Positions 1 to 11,894 of a DNA stretch of 64,000 nucleotides are shown one piece after another. Each line of letters begins with the position of its first letter. Position 1 is the stretch's first letter. Made by a program: the position numbers and the translations under genes. Source of the stretch: Eledone cirrhosa (Eukaryota); NCBI GenBank assembly GCA_964016885.1, contig OZ024742.1:323144001-323208000 (forward strand). Direction: 5' to 3'. Below the pieces are notes generated by a model, which saw only the letters and a program-made list of their open reading frames with translations, ran no database searches and was not told where the DNA came from.

Positions 1-49
1 CCTGCCTTTCATTTTTAGAGAGGACCCTTTAGCGGCCAATAGCGGCCAA

Positions 50-1035
50 AACATTTAAGGCATACTACCAGCGGAGAACCATGCAGCAGCTGATAAAGGG
101 CACAGATGGGCCTGACAAGCCCACGATCAGGGAATGGTGGAAATTGTACAACATCAAGCACGGCTTAGACAACATCAAGGCATCTTGGAAAGAAGTGAAG
201 CAGTCTGCCATGAACTTGGCCTGGAAGAAATTATGGCCAGCATGTGTGAATGACTTCCAAGGCTTTGCTGAGGACATTGGTGCGATAAAAAAAGATATTG
301 TAAATCTCTGCCATAGAGCTGGCTTGGATGGTGTTAATGATGATGATGTGCAAGACCTTTTGGAAAGCCACGCTGAACCACTCTCCAATGATGAACTCAT
401 AGAACTAGACAAAGCGATACAGGAGACAGAAAAAGAAGAAGAGGAGGAAGAAGAACTTGTGCGTGGCTTGGACATAGAAACTCTAAGAGAATGTCTCGGG
501 AGTATCGAAACAATCTTAGAAACCCTGAAGGAGCGTGACCTCAACCCTGCTAGGAGCAGCAAAGTGGCTCAAGACATTGAGAAAAGCGTCAAGATTTACC
601 AAGAAATGTATGAAGCCAAAAGAAACACCGTCAAACAGTCCTCCATCTACTCTTTCTTCAAGCCAATCACACCTGCCAACCGTGCTAGAGCTGGCCCTTC
701 AACATCCACTGCAGTCAACGAGTTTGTTGGTTTTGAGCCTCCCACATCACCCTCATCTTCCCCTACCAACTCAGCCCAAGATGAGTAAGGGCTGAAACCC
801 ATACTGTCCCTTAGCCTCAGGAGGGACAAATGAAGAGGCACATCATCTGATGGACTACGCGGCATGTGTAAGGTACAGTAAATAAAATAAAACAATTTCT
901 TTTCTGTAGGGATGACTTTTTCGATGTGCTGGAACGCATCCCTATCAATTTTATGTTATAATGGGTTCTTTATACGGTAATTCGATATACGGTAAGGGTT
1001 TCAGGAACGCATATGTACCATATATCGAGGACTCA

Positions 1036-1038
<3 letters not shown>
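50..1038 (+). mobile_element. Tigger/pogo-family DNA transposon, 3' part with right TIR
   Basis: The frame upstream of ORF 81 reads TFKAYYQRRT, a pogo DDE-region motif. The element ends ...tatatcgaggactcactg|TA at 1038 (TIR reads CAGTGAGTCCTCGATAT on the minus strand) next to a TA tract. The 5' part is missing. Confidence 0.85.
81..788 (+). pseudogene. C-terminal half of a Tigger-like (TIGD1-type) transposase
   Basis: Motifs ASWKEVKQSAMNLAWKKLWP, DVQDLLESHAEPLSNDELIEL, an acidic tract and a C-terminal PIP-box-like KQSSIYSFFK. An in-frame stop lies upstream, so it is N-terminally truncated. Confidence 0.8.
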
Positions 1039-1069
<31 letters not shown>

Positions 1070-1070
1070 G

Positions 1071-1103
<33 letters not shown>

Positions 1104-1129
1104 ATAATATATGTATTATGTATATATAT

Positions 1130-1540
1130 GATCTTTGGCACTACGCAGTAATACAGAAAACCCGCCTTGCCTAAGTACAAAGCGAAACCTACAGTCAGTA
1201 GGCACCTCTTAATCAAATATACATCCCTCTCCCACCACCCCTTTCTCTGTAAAGTTATGTTGGTACCACAACATCCAGTCCTAAATAAATGAGGTCATGT
1301 AGGTGTCACAACAAAAAAAAACACAGTCCACGCTGTAATGTGGCCGTGTAGGTAACACAGTAAAAACCTCCCAGTCCACACTGTAAACGTGGTTGGTGTT
1401 AGGAAGGGCATCCAGCCGTAGAAAACCTGCCGGACAGTCCCATACAAGCGAGACGACCAATCTTGCCTCAAGTCGGACAATTCCCGTCTAAACACATGCT
1501 AGCATGGAAGATGGACGTTAAACGATGATGATGATGATGA
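1130..1540 (+). mobile_element. 3' end/3'UTR fragment of RTE LINE (long-UTR subfamily B) with (GAT)n tail
   Basis: Matches 22980-23445 and 21865-22285. Ends ggacgttaaac(gat)n. Confidence 0.8.
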
Positions 1541-2279
1541 TATATATATATATATATATATGTGATGCATATATAGAGATAGATAGAGACAGACAGACAG
1601 ATAGATAGACAAACATAGATAGATAGATAGAGAAGGAGAGAGAGAGAAACAATTGACTTCTGATATGAATGAAAGTATTTTAGAACATTCATTCACTTTA
1701 CCTCACCTCACTTCACCCTACCCTACTTCATCCCTACTCCATCCTTTGCCTTACATTTGTGTTCCATGTATTCTAAAAAAAGTTTTAACTGTTTGATAGA
1801 GTGTAGCATTCATGTGACAGACAAAAAGGCTGTACTGTTATTATAATATAGACTGAATGTTTTCTGGAATTCTTTACCAGTATTTTACCACTTACACCTT
1901 GTTACTATGATATGGTGGTTCTTTATGCCAGAAAAGAACAAATAAATAAATGCAATCTAGCTGCTAAAATGTTAAGATGCTCACTTTATAATGATGATGT
2001 TCTGGATTTGGTCCAACTTTGTGGTATCTTGGACAAGTATCTTTTACCATAGCCTTGGTTCAACCCAAGACTTGTATATTGAGTGCTACAGATGATCTGT
2101 ACTTCAAAGGACCAAATTTGTTACACATTGTTATGCTGACTTATGTCAAGAATAAACATCTCTGGGGAATGCATCAAAGTCCGAGGTCGTTAATGTAAGC
2201 TACGGCGAAGTTGAATTTCAAGACACCATACTCAGCATCGATTCTGTCCTGGCTGGGGCTCGGCTGACCTCAAAGGACT

Positions 2280-2600
2280 TGTAGCGGTTGTCTCCCTTGT
2301 TGTGACTCACAACCCCAATAGATGAACAACATCTAGACGGGAAGTAGAACCCTTTCTGTAACTTCCGGCAGAGCCCTATAAAACGAATAGCCTTCGGCTC
2401 TCTCCCTCTCATTTGCCCTTCCGGCGCCTGGCCAGGCGTCTCGCGTTTGCCTGGCAATCAAAACGGTAACTACTAACTTTGCTTCATTCTTTCATCTATT
2501 TCATTGACATGTTAACTATACTGTTAGATTGTTAATTAAATATTATACACACAAACCATGTCTCATTGTTATGTTCATACAACCCAGTATCTTCGCTATA
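2280..2600 (+). repeat. 5' LTR (321 bp)
   Basis: Near-identical to 3919-4245. I see three substitutions and one 6-bp indel. Confidence 0.92.
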
Positions 2601-2601
2601 T

Positions 2602-2633
2602 TGGTAACCCTGACGTGATACGAACACGCAGCC
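2602..2633 (+). other. Primer-binding site complementary to the tRNA-Trp 3' end, extended through the T-arm
   Basis: tggtaaccctgacgtgatacgaacacgcagcc versus the reverse complement of eukaryotic tRNA-Trp, recalled as TGGTGACCCCGACGTGATTCGAACACGCAGCC. Confidence 0.85.
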
Positions 2634-3918
2634 GTTCATCGCTATAAGTGGTCACCCCGAACAAAAAAAAAAAAAATAGCAGATTCTGGAGTTGTATGAG
2701 TAACATTACGAATACACAGCAAATTTATTGACAAACTATGAAAATACTCAGTAAAAGAAACGAACACACCACGCACATGTGAAATTTTCGCACAGACAGA
2801 CTTTTTCTCTCACGCATCAACTAACTGTCGCATTTCACGATATATATATATGTTTCTCGTTTCTTACAACGAACACTTTCAAAAGAAAAAAAAAAAAGAA
2901 ATTTGATATTCTTTAAAAAACATTTCAACAGGAACATTTATTTTCGATGAACCATTGCCTTTTTTTTCATCGTTTTCTTCATCGTTCAAGTTTTTTTTTC
3001 CAAAGTTCACACCAATAATTATGCTAAGTGAAGCCTTTCTTTTTCATCATTGTCACTTTCACACTTGTACTATCATTTTCTCGCGCGTTAGAAATATTAT
3101 TTTTTCAACCTAGCTTAACCTTGTGTTGGCACGTGTGGGCAGCACAAATTCTCGACTCACAGAGATATCTCGACTCACAGAGATAGCCGCACGCCAGAGA
3201 TAACGTTTCTCGCCAAGGATTCTTCAGCCTTAAGCTATATTCTCCTATTTGCCGGTTTAAAAATTTACCACGTAAATTTGCCGTTGAAAACTGCGCATTT
3301 ATTCAGAATGCTTATTTCTTTGGTCGCTGGCCTCTTGACCCTTCCAGGTCAACGCATTCTCAACAACGACCATCAACTTCGGCTGTTATTTCTAGCACTT
3401 TTGCGCAACTCATTTTTTTCCAAAAATTTTTTTTTTGTTTTTACTGTGAATTTAAACACCGAATACGCTCACTCAGCGAGACAACAACAGCAACACAGCT
3501 TCACCAACAACCAAAACCAGCAGAACAAGCCAGAGAATTTATTTTTGCAGCATTCTTCCTGTAAGAAAATCCATTCGGAGGTTGGAAATTTCACGATATA
3601 CCACAGAACAGAAACCACCTGCATTCATTCTCTGGAACACACTTTCTTTCCTGCTGTCATGTGATTGCACACCTGTGAACTATATTTTGTACATTTAAAC
3701 TTTGAGCCCTTCTCTTACTTTATTACATTGTATCTTTGGGTGATGGATAGATAGATGTCCAGTCGTTCTCTGGCCAAGAGCGGTTGGCTACCTTGATATC
3801 TATCATTGATTTTTGCAAACATTCTTTTGTCGTAATTTTCATGCCTGTTACAACATTCTCGCCAACTTGCTACATATTTCATTCGATTTTTATATTCTAA
3901 AATTCTGGCGGGAGGTTA

Positions 3919-4245
3919 TGTAGCGGTTGTCTCCCTTGTTGTGACTCACAACCCCAATAGATGAACAACATCTAGACGGGAAGTAGAACCCTTTCTGTAA
4001 CTTCCGGCAGAGCCCTATAAAACGAATAGCCTTCGGCTCTCTCCCTCTCATTTGCCCTTCCGGCGCCTGGCCTTCGCCAGGCGTCTCGCGTTTGCCTGGC
4101 AATCAAAACGGTAACTACTAACTTTGCTTCATTCTTTCATCTATTTCATTGGCATGTCAACTATACTGTTAGATTGTTAATTAAATATTATACACACAAA
4201 CCATGTCTCATTGTTACGTTCATACAACCCAGTATCTTCGCTATA
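3919..4245 (+). repeat. 3' LTR (327 bp)
   Basis: Direct repeat of 2280-2600, followed by TSD GACT. Confidence 0.92.
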
Positions 4246-6110
4246 GACTCTATCAGCATTCTTGGCTCTTCAATACTCCTGAAAGTCATATGTGAGTGCC
4301 TGGAGTGTAAGCATGTAGATCTGACAAGGACGATGGAAAGATTGACCCTCATTGACACACACTCAGTGCTCTTCCTCCTGAGGAACTGTTTCGCTCTCCC
4401 CAAATTCCTCATCATGCTACTCGGTGTGCCTTTCCACCATCTAGTAGATTGACTCATCGAACTCGATGTCACAATTCGATGCTGTGCTGAACTGATCTGA
4501 AATATTTGCTTCGACAGCACTGGCTGGCAATGAAACTCCCTGTGAGATTTGGCAGCTTTGACCTCTTGACTGGCTACCTCCAGCCTATCTCTTCTCAATC
4601 TCCTCCAACCACACCTTTATCAATGATATCCTCCGCAAGATGATAGAACCTGACATGGCCCGGGCAAGAGAGTCAGCTCTGGCTGATTGAACCAATGAAG
4701 GTCTTGCCGTCTTCCAATGTATTAATGTCCAATGTATCTGGGACAACATCCAGTGCAAGTCCACCTTCAGGTACATCGAGTCTTCTTTGAAGCAACACTG
4801 TCTTGCCTGCCTACGCTCTGCCTCACAACCAAACAGTAGCACTTGGCTCAACTCGGTACATTCCTCATCAACTGATACTCTTTTAATAAGGAGCGCACTC
4901 GCATTGGAATGGCACAGCACCTCAGCCACCATGTGTGTCAGCCCCGCAAATGCCGTATTGGAACAGTGGTCAACGAGTTCAGTCTGCATCCATTATCTTG
5001 TCACCTTGGTACAGCCCATCAGAAGGAGCCTCAACACAGCCAGTTTCCCATCACAATTGAAGCTGGCTGGCCTTGACTGTGGTGATGGCAAATGCCTTGA
5101 TGGATTAGCCCTCTTCCCTTTCAAGGGTAACAAATCCCTAATTTGGGACATGACATGCAGTGATTCGTTCTCTGCCTCAAAACCTTGATGCTTTGGCCAT
5201 AAACCCGGGTTGTGCTGCCTGTAATGCAGAAGAGAGGAAGATAGTTAAATACTGGGGCTTGATCAACTGTTTCCTCTTTGCACCAGTCTCCATTGAGAAA
5301 ACTCGCATCCTTGGTCCCCGCACTGCTGATTTCCTCCATAAAATCAGAAAGATGGTTGCTGCTTTAGCAGGTAACTCTGGCCATTCTCCGTAGTAATGCC
5401 TTTGCCATTTTGTTTGTGGGGTATAGCTGAGGCACTACTCAGACAGGGATGTAGCATCTGTCTCTCCCCTTCTCCCTTTCTTTCATTGCTTGATCCTTAT
5501 CCTTTTTTCTTTTTCTTCTTTTCATTTTTGTTCCCTTTAATAGTGTGTTTTGTTTTTATTACATACTGCTGAATTATTTTTATGCAATTATATCTTCGAA
5601 ATAAAAGCCCTTTACTTAAAAACCTTAGCTTAAAAAACAACCAACAACATATTATTATGGGATGTAAGCTAACCCTATCAGTTCTATATCATATCAGGTC
5701 TGTCCTAAACACATATATCAGTGTATCAGTGTAAGTAACAGGCAGATAGCTTATGAGATATTTTACCTTCCTTAACATATGGTTAGATCAGCTCATTTGA
5801 TTAGCAGCACTTAATACTGTTTTCTTTTGCTTGTGAGGCCTTTGTTAATCAAATACAATGTGTGTATGACAGTGGTGGCAGTGGTGATGGAGGTGATTGT
5901 GGTGTTGGTGGTGGTTGTGGTGTTGTAGATGACTGGTAATAAAGATGGTGGGTGGTGAATGGTGGGTGTTGTTTACTGGCTATCTGTGGAGGTGGGTGAT
6001 GGTTTTTGGTGGTGGTGGTGGTGGTGGTGGTAATGGTTGTTGATGTGTTGTCTGTGTTCCTATGTGTTTATGTGTATGTGTGTGTTTGTGTGCTTGTGTG
6101 CGTATATATA

Positions 6111-6145
<35 letters not shown>

Positions 6146-6455
6146 GGAGGCACATGGCTTAGTGGTTAGAGCATTGGCCTTGCAATCGAAACGTTGTGAG
6201 TTCAATTCTCAGACCGGGTGATGTGTTGTTTCCTTGAGCAAGACACTTTATTTCACATTGCTCCAGTTTACTCAGCTGTAGAAATGAGATGATAGGGAGT
6301 GGGGTCCCTATCATTCCACTGCAAAGTGGTCGTGTAGGTACCACGGCAAAAACCACCCAGCACTCACTGTAAATGAGGTTGGTGTTAGGAAGGGCATCCA
6401 GCTGTAGAAATCAAGCCAGAATCAGTTCCCGTCCCACCCTTGCAAGCAGGGAAAA
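6146..6455 (+). mobile_element. tRNA-headed SINE (family 1) with RTE-derived tail, interrupted by the RTE LINE
   Basis: A box tggcttagtgg, B box gagttcaattc, central ccttgagcaagacacttt domain and tail cccgtcccacccttgcaagcagggaaaa. The rest of the tail is at 9460-9486. Confidence 0.88.
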
Positions 6456-9400
6456 TCATCATCATCATCATTTTACGTCCGCTTTTCCCTGCTTGCAAGG
6501 GTGGGACGGGTCTTATTCAGCACAGCATCTCTCCACTCGTCACGGTCTCTCGTCATCTCCACCGTGAGCTTCAATGATCTGAGGTCTGTTCTCACCACCT
6601 CCGCCCATGTTTTTCGTGGTCTACCTCTACCACGTCTTCCTTCAACTGGCATTTCCTGGCACTTCTTCACCCATCGGTCATCCTCCATGCGCATCACATG
6701 TCCATACCACCTCAGTCTCCTCTCCCGTACACTACATTCTATCCCTCTCAGACACAGTCTCTCTCTCAACACATTTATGCTGGGTCGTTCACGCACATTT
6801 ACACTGCACATCCAACGGAGCATGCTTGCCTCATTTCTCTCCAGCCGTCGCATATCCTCTGCAGTTGCTGCCCATGTCTCACTACCATGCAGCATCGCGC
6901 TCCTCACACAGGCATCATACAACCGGCCTTTCGTACGCAGGGAGAAACCCTTCTTCGTCAACAGAGGAAGCAGCTCCCTAAACTTCTTCCAACCCGTCCT
7001 TATTCTAGTTACTATGGCCTCGGAACACCCTCCTTCCATGCTAATCTGATCTCCTAGGTACCGGAAGCTATCCACCACTTCTATAGCGCCCTCTTGCATT
7101 TGAAAAATGTGTCTATCAGTGCGACTTCTACTGTCTAATTTCCATCTACTGCATACATATTTCTCCCTACCTGTTAGTTTGCCTGCTATCCCGCTACATC
7201 TCTTGTGTACCCAGGATCTGCATTGTGTGCATTTTATAGAATTTATGCCAGTTCCTTTTCTGCATATCGGACATGGCCATTTCCCTGACGGAATCAGGGT
7301 TTTGTCCTCTTTTCTACTCATCAACACTTTTGTCTTAGCTAGATTCACTCTCAGTCCTCTTGCTTCCAACTGCTGTTTCCATAGCCAGAATTTATTCTCT
7401 AGCTCCTCTACTGATTCTGCTATAAGAACCAGATCGTCAGCATAGAGAAGTTCCCATGGACGGCCAGTCTTAAACTCCTCTGTTATGGCTTGGAGGACTA
7501 TAATGAACAAGAGCGAGCTGAGGACCGAACCCTGATGTACTCCTACTTGTATCTGGAATTCCTCACTAAACTCCATTCCTACCCTGACTTTACTTAGAGT
7601 ACCTCTGTACAAAGTTTGCACTGTCCTCACAAGCCATTCCTCAACACCTAGCTTCCTTAGGGACCACCAGATGACAGATCGGGGTACCCTATCAAAGGCC
7701 TTCTCTAGGTCAACAAAGGCTAAGTATAGTGGCTTATTCTTCTCTAAGAACCTCTCTTGCATTTGTCTCACCAAGAAGAGGGCATCTGTTGTACTCTTCC
7801 CAGGCACAAAACCAAACTGCATCTCATCTAGTTTGACCCTTTCTCTAATTAGTTGTGCTAAAATCCTTTCTGCCACTTTCATAACCTGATCTATCAGTTT
7901 TATACCCCTATAATTGCTCCTCTCCAAAGCATCCCCTTTACCTTTGTAGCAATTTATGAGAATACTGCTGCACCAGTCTTTGGGTATGACACCACCATAT
8001 ATAGCCTGATTGATGATGCGTGCAACCAGTTTAGTGCCTACGTCCCCTGATGCCTTCAGCATCTCAGCAACTATTCCCGATGGTCCGGCCGCCTTACCAT
8101 TTTTCATTTCCCTAATCGCCTCTTGGACCCTATATTCGTCAATCTCAATAGCTGGTCCCTCTGTCGGATCTACCAAGGGTAATTTCTCTCTCTCCCATTC
8201 GTTCTCCACATTCATCAGTCTCTCATAATGACATTTCCAGGCCTCCTTTTTCTGATCATTTGTGACACTAAGTACACCGGCATCATCCCGGACACATTTA
8301 TCTCCAACAACATCCTGATTTGCATTGACACACTGCCTTGCAATGTGGAACACCGCACGCCTCTGATCTTCCCGTCGCAGAACATTGGCAAACCTCCTAC
8401 TCTCTGCCTCCCTGCGTGCTAAGTACACCTGACGTCTAGCTTCTCTCTTAGTGGCTGTATATTCTTCCCTACTCCCACCCTTTTTCCAAGCCTTCCATGC
8501 TAGTCTTTTGTCTCTAATAGCCTTATCTACTGTGCTGTTCCACCACCAGGTCACTCTCCGTCTGGTTGGAGCTCTGCTGCAGCCACAGGTTTCATCAGTA
8601 GCCTGCAGCAAGTTGTCACGTAAGAACTTCCAGTTATTATCTATGTCATACGCCTCTAAATCGTATTCTTTTTCGTCATATACATCTTGAAGGGCTTTCT
8701 TAAATTTGTATTTTAGTGAAAGGTCTTTTAGCTTCCAAACCTTTCTTCTCTACACCTTCCTATATGTCTCATTCCATCTCTTGCTTACTGAGATATCACT
8801 AACAACTAACCTATGCTGTGGGGTACATTCTTCCCCAGGGTATGCCTTGGCATTAGACACTATCTGCCTGTCCCGCTGCCTAACTAGCAGGAAGTCAATC
8901 TGGCTTATGTGCTCACCAGATTTGTAGGTTATTAGGTGATTGGCAGGTTTCTGGAAGTTTGTGTTGCAAATAGTCAATGTACTCGCATCACAAAATTCAA
9001 GAAGTCTCACTCCTTCTTCATTTCTTGAACCGTAACCGTGCCCACCATGTACCCCAGTGTAACCATCCTGGAGCTGTCCAACATGACCATTGAAGTCTCC
9101 TGCTAGCATAACGATGTCTCCGTCCTCTGTCATTGTGGTTGTTTGCAAAAGTTGTTCATAAAAGCAGTCTTTCTCATCTTTGCCTAGGCCTACTTGGGGA
9201 GCATAGACCGAGATGATTGTCAGTAGTCCCCTACCTACAACTAATCTAAGCTTAATTATTCGATTACTAACTCGAACTACCTCTATTGTCTTATTGATCC
9301 ATTTCTCAGCCAGGAAAATGCCTACTCCCCCTAACCCATCATCCTTACCTACCCAGAATAGCTTATAGCTAAGACGCTTGCCTACGACTAGTCTCGCAGA

Positions 9401-9460
9401 GGCACCTCTCCATCTCACCTCTTGCACGCAGCACACATCCACCTGCCTTCTCTCCAGCAT
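6456..9460 (-). mobile_element. RTE-clade LINE (subfamily A), 5'-truncated, nearly intact ORF
   Basis: APE endonuclease (VQEVRW, YAPQ, GDFNGH, QIDF, QHRLV) and RT (FVDLEKAFDRV, GVHQGSVLS, LLYADD). 3' (GAT)n tail at 6456-6470. Confidence 0.95.
6473..9460 (-). pseudogene. RTE endonuclease-reverse transcriptase polyprotein with one premature stop
   Basis: ORFs 8750-9496 and 6473-8611 are in the same frame, separated by a single TAG at 8750-8752 (KV*RRKVWKLKD, probably from TGG). Confidence 0.9.
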
Positions 9461-9509
9461 GGACGTAAAATGATGATGATGATGATATATATACATAAAT
9501 ATATATATA

Positions 9510-9865
9510 CTCCTACCTTATCCTCCCACACCAACCAACACCACCCGCTCTCTGTAACGTTGGTACCACAACATCCAGTCCAAATAAATGAGATTGAGAT
9601 CTTGTAGGTGTCAAAAAAAAAAAAAACACAGTCCACGCTGTAATGTGGCCGTGTAGGTAACACGATAAAAAGTTCCCAGTTCTACACTGTAAATGTGGTT
9701 GGTGTTAGGAAGAGCATCCATCCGTAGAAAACCTGCCAGATAATCCTATATGAGCGAGACCTACCTTGCCTCAAGTGGGACAACTCCCGTCTAACCCATG
9801 CTAGCGTGGAAGATGGACGTTAAACGAAGATGGACGTTAAACGAAGATGATGATGATGATGATGA
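9510..9865 (+). mobile_element. RTE subfamily B 3'UTR fragment with stuttered terminus
   Basis: Matches 23100-23445. gaagatggacgttaaac is repeated twice before (GAT)n. Confidence 0.75.
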
Positions 9866-9869
9866 AGTA

Positions 9870-10490
9870 AAGGAAACAGAAAATGAACAAACAAGAGAAT
9901 GCAATAACATGGAGTGTATTAGTTTCACACTTGGAGGAAGTAGAATGAGTTAGATAGTCAATGTATCAGGCATTTGCCCTTTATCAGAAATAACACAAAG
10001 GGAAATTGCAACGAAAATAACGTTAAAGAATGAAAAATACAAAAAATAAATAAAAGGTTGTTAAAATAAAGTTAGAAAGAAAAATACAAAAATAAAAATA
10101 TAAAGGAGAGGGGGGAGTGGTCTGGCGTCATGATTGGAGGGTGAGTAGACATGCAGTGGGTGGGGTGTACATTAAGATGCGCTTGCATGTGTGTGGGCAT
10201 TAAGTGTGTTGTTGGTGGAGATGTGTGTTTGTACATATGTGTGAGCATGTGTATGCTGGTATGTGTGTTTGGCGGAGATGTGTAGGTGTATGTGTATGTG
10301 CATGTGTATGTGTGTAAGTGCTGGGGAAGGTTCAAAAGTCTAGTAGGCTCCAAGATGGGTATAATCCAGATAAATTCCAGGTTGGTAAAGGAGGTTGAAA
10401 GTCATGAACGCCGAGGTAAATGGAATAGAGAGATATATCCGGGTTGAAAGGTAGAGCTATAGTGAAATGGAATAGAGAAAGGTATTATGG
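9870..10490 (-). mobile_element. Possible highly decayed Penelope-like 3' end
   Basis: The minus strand has a decayed hammerhead-like ctgataaagggcaaatgcctgatac near 9965-9989 and the peptide LEFIWIIPILEPTRLLN, weakly like a GIY-YIG C-terminus. Related to 49770-49955. Confidence 0.35.
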
Positions 10491-10557
10491 GTAGTTGCAG
10501 GGTGTGTGGGGGTGCATGTTGTGTGTGTGAGTGTGTGTGTATGTGAGAGAGAGATGA

Positions 10558-10617
<60 letters not shown>

Positions 10618-10618
<1 letters not shown>

Positions 10619-11760
10619 TAGCAGCAGGACCTGGCATTGCACGGGGTAGGAAACGTGAAATAGCAACACACATATACAAAGATTGAGGAATGTAGCTGTG
10701 TACTTTTTGAATTCCCTTATTCTCAGGGAATGATTGTTCATCTACTGGAAACGTAGAACACCAGCAGGCCCGAATCCAGTAGTAGCGGTGTCAGTGGGTT
10801 GATTGCGGAAATCCTGTATGTGAAAGGAGTAAGTAAGTGTTGTGGGGCGATGTATGTCGTAAGTCTGTTCACGAATTACACCACGGAAAGGGAACACACG
10901 TCAGTCTGAAGGAGCGACGTAGTCAATTGTGTGAAAACTAAGTAGGGATGTACGTTTAAGTAGGGATATTGAGATGATGAAATCAGCGTGGCAACCCAGC
11001 TGCAGCAGAAGGAGGTCATAGTGCAATTAGCACAAATGCTGGGCAGCACTGGTTGCACTGTGTTTACACAGCAACGAAGGTGCGACAAAAGGGGTCACCG
11101 TGGAATTAGCACAACCGCTGTTCGGCGTACTTGCGCAGGGTGTTCATACTGCGGTGTAGGGGTCTTAGTAGAAGTAGCACAGATGTGAGTTTTACGGTGT
11201 CAATAACACGGCAACGTACACAGGGCCCGAATTTGCGCGTGATGAAAGCACGAAGCGTCAACAGGGAGCCGACAAAAATTTTAAGGAACTCCTCATTTCC
11301 TCAATCCCCCGAAAATGGTCCTGCTTTAAAGTAAGTGTTGTGTCCTCTGTTAAATAAAGCAAATTTTTAACGAAATATTCTACGCTACTTACAATGTTTA
11401 AGTAGCGTTTATATTGAAAATGAAAATGTTATGTAATGCACAATGCTAATTCGTAAATTTCCTAGAAACCATTAATGGAATCGGAAAATTTAGTCCACAG
11501 CAATGCAAGGCAACTACCTAATGTGTGCTGCAAATTTCGAGGAAATCGGCTGGATTATCTTTAAGCTATGCCTCAAAATGCATAAAAAATGCGGTTTTTC
11601 GCCTAATGCGGATAGAAAACGTTAACATTTTTTTAGCCCATTGTACTTCAAGAAATATAAGTAACGCATGTGGAAAGTTTGAAAAATATCGGTCGCGTAC
11701 TTCTCGAGTTTTAGGGATTTACACAGACACACAGACAGACATCCTCTGTGTTATATATAT
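10618..11760 (-). mobile_element. Non-autonomous Helitron-like element
   Basis: The minus strand ends with hairpin ccccgtgcaatgccagg then CTAG|T at 10618. The 5' side has tatatataacacagaggatgtctgtctgtgtgtctg and the recurrent aaatttcgaggaaatcgg motif. Confidence 0.7.
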
Positions 11761-11761
11761 A

Positions 11762-11815
11762 CTAGCTGACCCGTCCGGCTGGCGCCCGGCTACCATTGGC
11801 GTGTTCTACAGCATC
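11762..11815 (-). mobile_element. Second Helitron-like 3' terminus, in tandem with the previous element
   Basis: actagctgacccgtccggctggcgcccggct: CTAG plus a GC-rich hairpin. Confidence 0.55.
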
Positions 11816-11894
11816 CATATATATATTTATATATATATATAGCTGACGTACTTAGTTTCGCTTGGATAAACAGACGATAAGCCGTCTGTGTTGT

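Larger units (their letters stand above)
2280..4245 (+). mobile_element. Non-autonomous (non-coding) Gypsy-type LTR retrotransposon, about 1.97 kb
   Basis: LTRs at 2280-2600 and 3919-4245 (TGTAGCG...CGCTATA). 4-bp TSD GACT at 2276-2279 and 4246-4249. tRNA-Trp PBS at 2602. Purine-rich ggcgggagg just before the 3' LTR. No gag or pol. Confidence 0.92.
2160..5400 (+). mobile_element. Decayed CRE-like non-LTR retrotransposon (RT C-terminus and REL endonuclease), split by an LTR insertion
   Basis: Removing 2280-4249 restores NASKSEV...LTSKD/SISILGSSI...LFLLRNCFALPK. Downstream come GLDCGDGKCLDGLALFPFKGNKSLIWDMTCSDSF and AEERKIVKY...FAPVSIE, typical of REL-type (CRE clade) elements. Many frameshifts and stops. 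Confidence 0.7.

Noticed and set aside
3200-3232. Hammerhead-like ctgaaga...gaaacgtt on the minus strand inside the LTR element
   Set aside because: Stem I does not pair and stem II is weak.
3278-3664. 128-aa ORF inside the LTR element as gag
   Set aside because: Non-ATG start, low-complexity composition and no capsid or CCHC motif.
6146-6215. tRNA gene at the SINE family 1 head
   Set aside because: A and B boxes are present, but the acceptor and anticodon stems do not close. It recurs in about eight copies joined to the same body.
6501-8927. Plus-strand ORFs overlapping the RTE
   Set aside because: Antisense shadows of the RT coding sequence.
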